From the human T2T-CHM13v2.0 reference genome, Homo sapiens: a DNA stretch of 64,000 nucleotides. Position numbers and translations under genes: made by a program. Shown here in pieces: positions 54,537 to 64,000 of this stretch. The notes under the pieces were generated by a model that saw only the letters and a list, made by a program, of their open reading frames with translations, was not told the origin of the DNA and did not search any database. The stretch lies in NCBI RefSeq assembly GCF_009914755.1, contig NC_060926.1. One strand, 5' to 3'. Positions within the stretch are counted from its first letter, which is position 1. Every line of letters begins with the position of its first letter.

Positions 54537-54799
54537 GAAGGGACATATTTTTTAATATCCTTCTGTTTTCTCTAAGAGGTTTCTAATTATTTTTCCCTTT
54601 CCCAGGCATATTTTACATTGGTCTTTAATAGGCTGAGTTTTCATAAATATTTTCTATTCTATATGGTATTTTTACGTATTATTTTAAGTGATAAAACACC
54701 CAGAGGGCACAAAGGGCACACATCTTCAAATTGTAACTGAATAGTTTTTGTGTATTCATTGGCCAGATGGAACTACAGAATATTTACCTTCTGCTGATG

Positions 54800-56000
54800 C
54801 TTCCTCCATGCACCTTCCTCTTCAGTAACTGCTTCCCCATCTCAACCAAGGTAATTGTCATTCTGACATCGAACACAGTAATTTGGGTTTTTATGTCTTT
54901 AATGTCATATAAATTGAATTGTGTGCTTTTTTCTAGCTTTATTCTTATTGTTTACTACTTTTGAGTCCTTCATTATAGGCTGTGGGCTCAAAATCCTGCC
55001 TGCTGTAATCTTCTGTGATTCTGAAAGATTTCATCTTGAATTTCTTATAAGGCAGAGCTGCTATTAATGAATTTATTCTGTTTATCAAGGAATATTTTTA
55101 GTTCTGAAGAATATTTTCACCAGAAACAAAATTGCTGGTTGTCCTCTTTCATTTCCTTTTAGTATTTAAAGATCTCATTCCAATCTCTTCCAGCCTCCCT
55201 CGGTCCTAATGAAAACTTAGCCAATGGCATTATTATTGTGTCTCCATATGTAGAGTCAGCTTTTAGTCCTGACACATTCACGAATTTCTCTTTGTCTTTC
55301 AACATTTTAAAGTATAATGTATTTTGTTATTAATCTTGTATTATATCCTGAAAGCGTTTCATTGAGTTTCTTTCATCTATAGATTAAATTACCTTTGTGG
55401 TTCATTATTTTTGAAAAGCTGTTGTCATTACTTTTCCAAGTATTTTTTGATCACTTTCTCTCTCTCTCTGCTTTTTTTGTGACTCGTTTTACACACTTGT
55501 TGGTATCTTTCAACCTGAGCTGTAATTCTGTCAAGTCTTGCGCATTTTTTCTTAAACTCCTTTCTTTATTTAGATTCAATAATTTCTGTACATCTATTTT
55601 TAAGTTCACTGAATCTTTTGCCATCTTAAACTGATGTTGGACTTATGTAATATATTTTTCAGTTGAGTTATTGTACTTTTTGTTTCTAGAATTCTCACTT
55701 GATTCTTTTCCATAGTTTCTATTTTTTAAGAGTTTCCATTTGCTGAGTCATTGTCTTTATATTTTCCTCTTTATATCTTTAAAACTATATGATCGTAGTT
55801 TTAAGAATAATTATTTAAACATCTATATAATAATTGCTTTGTAGTCTTTGCTAAAGCTGATATTCAGGACAAGTCAGAATCAGCTTTCATTGACTGTGCT
55901 TTCTTGCTGCAGTTGTTTTGTTTTGTTCCCTCAATATTGATCATACTTTTCTGTTTCTTTGCAGGATTTTTTAATGGAAAACTGTATATTTTAGATAATA
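54800..56000 (-). mobile_element. Old L1 (L1M) fragments
   Basis: T-rich antisense L1-like motifs. Confidence 0.55.
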
Positions 56001-56080
56001 TATTCCTGTACCTCTATCAGGAATATATTCTATTTTTCTTAAAATTTGTGAGTTTCTTTATAGTTACTTCCCTGAACTTA

Positions 56081-56240
56081 CAGTAAGTCCCTAATTCATG
56101 GTGGTTGCACTTAAGATGTTTTGACTTTACAATAGTGTGAAAATTATTTGTATTCAGTAGAAACAGTGCTTCCAGTACTGGTACAACTACTCTGTTTTTC
56201 ACTTTCATATAATATTCAATAAACCACATTACAATAAGTT
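56081..56240. mobile_element. MER47/Tigger5-like DNA transposon fragment
   Basis: gactttacaatagtgtgaaa...tcagtagaaacagtgcttc...ctgtttttcactttc...attcaataaa. Confidence 0.6.
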
Positions 56241-57548
56241 ATAATAAATTATTGGTGGTGATAAATGAAAGTGACCAGTGAAATTCCTTTTGGAAGGAAG
56301 CCTTTGACAAAGCTAAGACAGCTGTTCCTATCACTCTTCCTACTTGGTCATTCACTAACTTTCTTAGTTTTGTTATTTATTAAAACAGAGTACCTCTCTG
56401 CAAATGAACAGCTGTTACTGAGTCAATTAGTTGGATAAATATAATTTTCTACCTTTTAAAATATTTGTAGAAGTCAAATGGATAGCTGCACCATGCACTG
56501 AGCTGCGTTTACTGGGGAGACTGAGAATTATTGATGTCATGTTAAGAATCACACTGTGAGAAACTAATTCTGGAAATCTGAGATTCTGGTGGCACAGTTG
56601 AAGAGGGTTTGGCTACATCTGCGTAGTGATTATTTCCAAAAATAAGCACGTTTGCAAATTTTTAAACTTCTGATCTCACCATCACCATACTGCCACCCAC
56701 ACTATATTCCAGGTATTCAGGCACTGGAAGTTCTCATTTTGGTGTTTCTTCAGGTTCACTGTGGCTATTCTACATCCTTGACATTCCCATATAATATTTA
56801 GATTAGCTTCTTAATTTAAATTGGAGTATACTTTAGGATTTTGATTTTTCTTATATGTAATCAATATTTTAATCTTTGAAGAATTGACATTTTTATAGTA
56901 CTGAGACATTCAGTCTTTGAACTGAATTTCTATTTACTTAGGTTTTCTTTTATTTTTCAAAATAATATTCTGGAGACGTCAGTGTATTTAGTCTATTTTT
57001 TTTAAATAATTGATACTTTGATGTTTTTGTAAATGGTGTGTTTGTTTTATAATGTTAATTTTTAGCATTTTTTATTATGCAGAAATGAAATTGATTTTTG
57101 AATCTATGAATTAATAAATTGATCTTGAATCTAATGATTTTCTATTTCTCATGTCAATTTTAGTAGTTTCTCTGTAGACAAATTTGAATTTTATCTGCAC
57201 ACAATCCTTCATCAGTGAATTATGACAGCTTTAATTCTTCTTTTCCAATTTTGATTATTTGTTGCTATTGTTGTTGCCTTATGGCTCTGGTTGGGACCTT
57301 TACTGACATCCACTGATGTAAATCTGATCCAGTGGCCATTACTGTGAAACTGTGCTTAAACCTGGCTGTCCATCTTGGTCTGAGGAAAAATGCAGGAATC
57401 AGAGTCAAAAATATATCAAGGGATTACTTTTTTAAGATCCCCAAAATGCCCAAGCAGAGAAGAGATGCTAAAATTGAGTTGTCATTGCAGCAGCTATCTG
57501 TAAAGGAAGCAGCTGGTATAATCTAGTAAACAATGAAGGTCTTGCAGA

Positions 57549-57576
57549 GGTTTTTGTTTCAAGCTGAATCACTGTG
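57549..57576 (-). other. 12-RSS of IGKV3-20
   Basis: CACAGTG (57570-57576), 12-bp spacer, consensus ACAAAAACC (57549-57557). Confidence 0.97.
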
Positions 57577-58113
57577 GGAGGTGAGCTACCATACTGCTGA
57601 CAGTAATACACTGCAAAATCTTCAGGCTCCAGTCTGCTGATGGTGAGAGTGAAGTCTGTCCCAGACCCACTGCCACTGAACCTGTCTGGGATGCCAGTGG
57701 CCCTGCTGGATGCACCATAGATGAGGAGCCTGGGAGCCTGGCCAGGTTTCTGCTGGTACCAGGCTAAGTAGCTGCTGCTAACACTCTGACTGGCCCTGCA
57801 GGAGAGGGTGGCTCTTTCCCCTGGAGACAAAGACAGGGTGCCTGGAGACTGCGTCAACACAATTTCTCCGGTGGTATCTGAGATTGGAAATAAAACAGAA
57901 AAGTCACCCATGTAATCTAAATCAAACCCATTGTCTTCCCAGAAGAGCCAGAATTATTGCTTTATATTGAGCTTTAATTATTGTATTGACTGAGCAGAGT
58001 TGCCAGGTAACAGGACTTGAGAGGGTTTTCACTGACATGCAAAACCATCCCATGTTCCCCTCACCTGGGAGCCAGAGTAGCAGGAGGAAGAGAAGCTGCG
58101 CTGGGGTTTCCAT
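57577..58113 (-). CDS. IGKV3-20: Immunoglobulin kappa variable gene segment 3-20 (leader exon 58065-58113, V exon 57577-57877)
   Basis: Leader [20 protein letters not shown]; 290-nt V region [63 protein letters not shown]...CQQYGSSP. Confidence 0.98.
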
Positions 58114-58164
58114 GGTTCCCTCTGGGTCCTAACTGAGCAGCTCTTCTCCAGAGCTCTGACCCAG

Positions 58165-58246
58165 GCATTGATATGGGCTCTGGACTGCAGGGCGGCTGGG
58201 AGGGACATGCAAAGCAGCTGGGGCGGGTGCTGGGCTTGCAGCTGCA
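58165..58246 (-). promoter_or_regulatory. IGKV3-20 promoter (variant octamer, E-boxes)
   Basis: ATGCAAAG at 58207-58214; CAGCTG motifs beside it; paralogous to the IGKV3-15 promoter. Confidence 0.8.
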
Positions 58247-61200
58247 GAGACAATCTGCCTCCCCTTTCTGCTCTCAGCAGCCCATGCCCAGGTGATCAGG
58301 CCAGAAAAGGCCGTTGGCTCAGTCTGAGGGTAGAACTTCTCCCCTGCGGCCACAGAATTTAACCCCTGTGTCCTCTTGTCTCACCATCACCTAGATTGAG
58401 CCACAGAATGTTTGGTACAAGTCTGTTAGAAACAAAATAGAAGGCTGTGGTTTCATTTTTCTCTTTCTGCTCCAACTTGTGCCCAGTCAGCTCCCTAAAT
58501 GCATGATGGATCAGGTTGAAAGGAAGAGTCTATTACAACTTTATCTTCCGGATATACTTGTATTTACTTGTTAGTGATCTTTCCTGAGGGTCCAGAAGCT
58601 GTCTCATTCTTTGCAGAAATTAAAAGAGTAACATTCAATTAACCTCAGCACTGTGGGTGTGAGGACTTTCACAACTGCACAGATAAGTGAGACCTGGGCT
58701 CCAAATCCTCAGGGTAGTGATACCATTTCCCTAAAGACAGAAGATGGTTTTGTCCATGCAGGCAAAGAACTATTTCTTGGGTGATCCTCTAAACTATCCA
58801 GTCTTTTTATTCTGTATAGCTGGTATAGTTTACCCTTAGTAGGATGAAACAACCACTTCAGTCTGTGACAGGGTGAGGTCTGGGATGCAGATACAGTGTT
58901 TTGTCAAATTATCTGTGTTGGCTTGGAAGAGCCTTACAAAGACATGAAGCTTCTGGGTCTCTGCTGCCTGATCCTTGAAGAAAAAGCAGATTGACAGATC
59001 AGTGCCCCACCTCCCATCCACCCCAGGATCTCAGGCATCCCCTACTCATCCACAGGTGTTGGGCTGAGTTAGTGGAGGGACTCAGTCTGTCTCTCCCTGT
59101 TCTGAGACTACTACCTCTTTGGGCACCCATTGCCATTGTTGCTTGATCCAGTCCTTTCACCCTCGGTTGTCCAGTTCTAGAAGGCAGGTCAAGTACTGTA
59201 GAAAATTGACATGTCTGATAACGTCATCCACCCTAATGGAGGAATCAGATGACCCTCCTACCAGCAGAAGGAAATTAACACCCTGATATTTCTTGATCCT
59301 GTGGAACCCATAGAAGGCACCCAGGGGAATCATTCCATCCAATTAGAGTTAGGAGGCCTGTCTGGGTTATCATGGTGGCCTAAACTGCAACACCCCCAAG
59401 AACATCACTATAAAAGGAAAAAAATGATTGGAAACACTGAGTTTGGGATTTCACAGTGGCAGCTCTATCAGGAAACTGGCCTTGCCCAACTTCTTCCTCA
59501 CTCAACTCAGTGTTTTTCAACCTGCACCTCCGTGCCGTCTTTCCCTTGCTCTGCAGTGCAGTGTTTAATGTCCAATTGCTGTAGTCAGATGGGGTACCAC
59601 TCTACTAGCAGGTTGCCCTGATGTACACTCTTCAGTTGCCGTGTGAGTCAGCTGTTCTAGCATTAAATAGATCCATTGGCCTTTGGATAACAAGGTGTAT
59701 GGAAAATCCATCATGTCCCATGAGAGTGTGTCCATTGACGTCATTTGGGCAGTAAAGAACTTTCCTTGGTCAAAGCAAAGTCTCAGTGGGCATCCAAAAA
59801 CATGGCATAAGTTCATCTCAAGGGTGGTCATGGTAGACCCAGCATCCAGCTGAGTGACATATTTGTCTCTTATAGGTGGCAAGCTGTTGCCATAGTCCTT
59901 TTCTCCACAGAGGGGATGCTTTAATAGTCCAGTCACTCGGTTGCTATTTTCCTGATCAGATAGCTAGACTGTTGGCAGTGGCCCATGAGTTGGTAAAAAT
60001 ATAGCAAGAGGTGGCAGAAAGGCCTGCATGACCATTACCACTGCATGTAGTTTGGACCATTGGGTGGAATGACCATTATCAGTCTCAGGAAAGAAAATAG
60101 TCATCCACTGGCTAGATGGTAGCCACCCCCAGTCTACATGTTTTGCAGAGCCCTAAGTGAACCATGCCATACCGATGTCGGCATGTCTCTGAATCTTGGA
60201 CTTCGGGTAGCCAAAAGCAGAGCCAAACCATCCCCCATGGGTCATTTAGTCCCTTCTAGCAAGCTCGCCATTTGTTTATGGAGCCTTTGGATCCCACGGG
60301 TTGCTGGCTGGGCCTGATTCTGAATACACCATTTCCATTTGATAATGCAGCTCTATTGAGCCTGTCCAGTTTCACTGGTTGGATTTTAGGCACCCAAGTG
60401 AAAAGGAGCAGTTCACCCAGCAGCGCCACACTTGGTGCTCAGCCCCAAGATGTCCAGTCCCTGTCAGTTTCCCATAGCAAGCAAGGAGTTGCTATGCCAA
60501 AGAGGGACATCTGGTGGCTGCTTCAGCTGGTTTGTGTTCAGTATCTGAGAGGCTGGCTCACTCAGTGACAATTTTCTGTTGCCACATACTACAGTCAGCA
60601 TACATAGAGACTGTGGACACCTGAACTTCCATCAGGCTAACAGGCTCTAAAGGTCTAAAAGAAGTGTTTGGACCATGTCCTGTTGAACTTCTTCCAAGGC
60701 TGCTGTTGCAAAGGGCTCTGTTCAAGGTTGGTGGTTTTGTTTGTGATTTTGATTTTGACTAAGGGGACTGAAAGCCCACCCCAGAGAGGTTTATGCTGTT
60801 ACCAATACTCAAAGAAGCCTACCAGCTGTTGTCCTTTATTAATGGTTGCTGCTAGTACCAACAATGTTTAACTATATCTGCTATCCTTCCTTGGTTTCCT
60901 GTCCAAGTGGCCTTAGCATTCAACGTGAAATAGTCCATCGTTAGTCTCTGTTCCCCTAAAGTCTTTTTGCCCCGCCAAACTGAGTTGCTCCATGGTGACA
61001 GGGGACTATGTAACATTTTAATCTATTTGTAGCAAGTCTTGAAAAAAACAGGTAATGTCTTATTCTTCACTTAGTACACAGTACTGTTTTTGTCAAATAA
61101 CCCACGGAGTCATGCGTAGCTTAGGTCGTAGGCTTCAGTGGATATTCCCTTTTGTTAAGGCTTGAATTCTTAGCTGCGAGGGAATATACCTTTTATGCAG

Positions 61201-62321
61201 CAGTGATGTTCTGTGGTGCAAATATCAATGCCTGTACTGCACTCTGAGGTGGGAACTACAGTCACCAGCCCCAACATGGCCCACAGGGCACCATCCACAA
61301 GCAGAGAAGCACCATGGCCACTGCATTTGTCCCTGAACCTCTCAATGTCATTGGTTAAATTTTCCCCAATGGAGACCTATGGGCTCTGGCACCCAAAAAC
61401 CCAGAAAAGTATTTCCTTATTTTCTCCTTTTATTTTTACATGGTCTAGGGCCACTGGTTTCTGGTGAGCACCCAAAGGCATTGGCTGTATCCCTAACAGT
61501 GACATTTAGATCAAGAAATTTGGAACTGCAAATATTGCTTTATCAAACAAATATACCAAACAGTCTGCATAAGACTTCCCTGAACTTTTTCTGTATCTCT
61601 TATTTAGAGAGTGAGTCTCCCTTTGTGTGAAAGCCCAAATAGCATATGTTGGTTCCCTCTCAGGGATCTTAGGGTCCATTTGAGTACCCGTTTCCCTAGC
61701 TCTCTGGCTCCAGGAATGAGCAATTATGCAAGTGTCTATGAACCAGAGGATTTTGTGCCTCATTCTCATTTCTACACTCCTTTCTCTCTGCCTTAATTCA
61801 GGCAGCCAGCTCATCTAAACTCATGCAGAGAGTGATCTATAACCCACTGATCCTCCCTCATTCCCCATAAAGCACCCAGATGCATGTCCAGGCCTTGCAC
61901 CTTCCAGTCTAATGGTCCTCCCCTGGCCAAGTAATGGGAGGTATCATTCTTCCCACTTCACCAATAAGCCATGGTTCTGTCATACTAGAATCTTCTCAAT
62001 GGGGCAATTTTGTTAAGCAGGTTAACTGTGCAGTGATTACCAACTTATTTGAGTCCAGGGAGATTAAACACCCTTACACAACTAGTTATGTGAAGCAATT
62101 TACAATTTACAGACAGGCAGCAAGGGATAGCAAAATCCAAGAATTTATTGTAGGTCTGTTCCCCCAAGGCTCAGGAAAGCTGCCTGGGGCTGATGGGGTC
62201 TAGACTGCTTCATATATACTGCAGCTGAGGCACTCTGGATTGGACCCACCCTGGGTTTTATATCTTGGAGTCACATATCATGCTGAGCTAAAGTGTTGAA
62301 GGAAATCTTGTTTCAAGAGGG

Positions 62322-63377
<1,056 letters not shown>

Positions 63378-63589
63378 GAGCCTGTGCTGTGGTGGCCAAT
63401 ACTGCCCTATCTCAGGATGTTACATTCCCAGGATATTCTACAGTGATTCTTGAAAACTAAGAGTGAGAAAGGGGAGGAGACTGGGTTGGTCCAAAGCCAA
63501 CTGGAGACTGTGCTGCAAATACTGCAGTGGGATCACACTTCATTAGTCCTGTGGCTTGCTGATTTTGCTGAGCATAGTGCCTTCACTGT

Positions 63590-64000
63590 TCATCTATGTG
63601 GGAGCCTGTGTCAGAATTTCCTTCCTTTGGAAAGTTGAATAACATTCCATTGCATATATATTTATATGCCACATTTTGTTTATCCACCCTTCCCTGCATG
63701 AACATTTGAGTTGATTCCACCTTTTGGCTATTATGAACAATAATTCTCTGAATGTGGGTATATAAATATTTCTTCAAGTTAATGTTGTCAGTTATTTGGA
63801 TATATGTCCAATGGTGGAATTGCTGAATTATATAGTATTTCTATTTTTAATTTATTGAGGAATTGCAATGTAGTTTCTTATACTAGGTGACCATTTTACA
63901 TCCCCAAAACAGTGTCCACAAGATTTCCAATTTCTCCAAATTCTCATGAACAGTTTTCATTTTCTGTTGAGGGAAACCATCCTAATAGGTATAAGGTAGA
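63590..64000 (-). mobile_element. L1 (L1MA/MB-like) 3' fragment
   Basis: ccacattttgtttatcc...ttccaccttttggctattatgaa...ccattttacatcccc. Confidence 0.8.

Overview
Human genomic DNA from the proximal V cluster of the immunoglobulin kappa locus (IGK, 2p11.2). Six known V gene segments lie on the minus strand, in order: IGKV3-15, IGKV1-16, IGKV1-17, IGKV2-18 (pseudogene, ATG>ATA), IGKV2-19 (5'-truncated pseudogene) and IGKV3-20. Each has a 12-bp-spacer RSS, and all but IGKV2-19 have a leader exon and an octamer promoter. J-C lies beyond the left edge. Intergenic DNA is mostly Alu, L1, ERV/LTR, MaLR, MIR and Tigger-type repeats; repeat family names are from memory of consensus sequences and their boundaries are approximate unless TSDs are quoted. 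IGKV1-16 and IGKV1-17 sit in a ~6.4-kb direct duplication. I found no new functional system. The most notable signals the named genes do not explain are: (1) two highly diverged V-kappa relics on the opposite (+) strand at 16.2-16.5 kb and 45.7-46.2 kb, which share the same lesions and do not resemble the V families in this window, one keeping a perfect RSS heptamer and the other the whole leader-intron-V-RSS layout; (2) three orphan pieces of VK2 gene flanks at 23.9-24.4, 50.9 and 54.5-54.8 kb that mark deleted V genes; (3) a strong CTCF-type motif inside a MaLR LTR.
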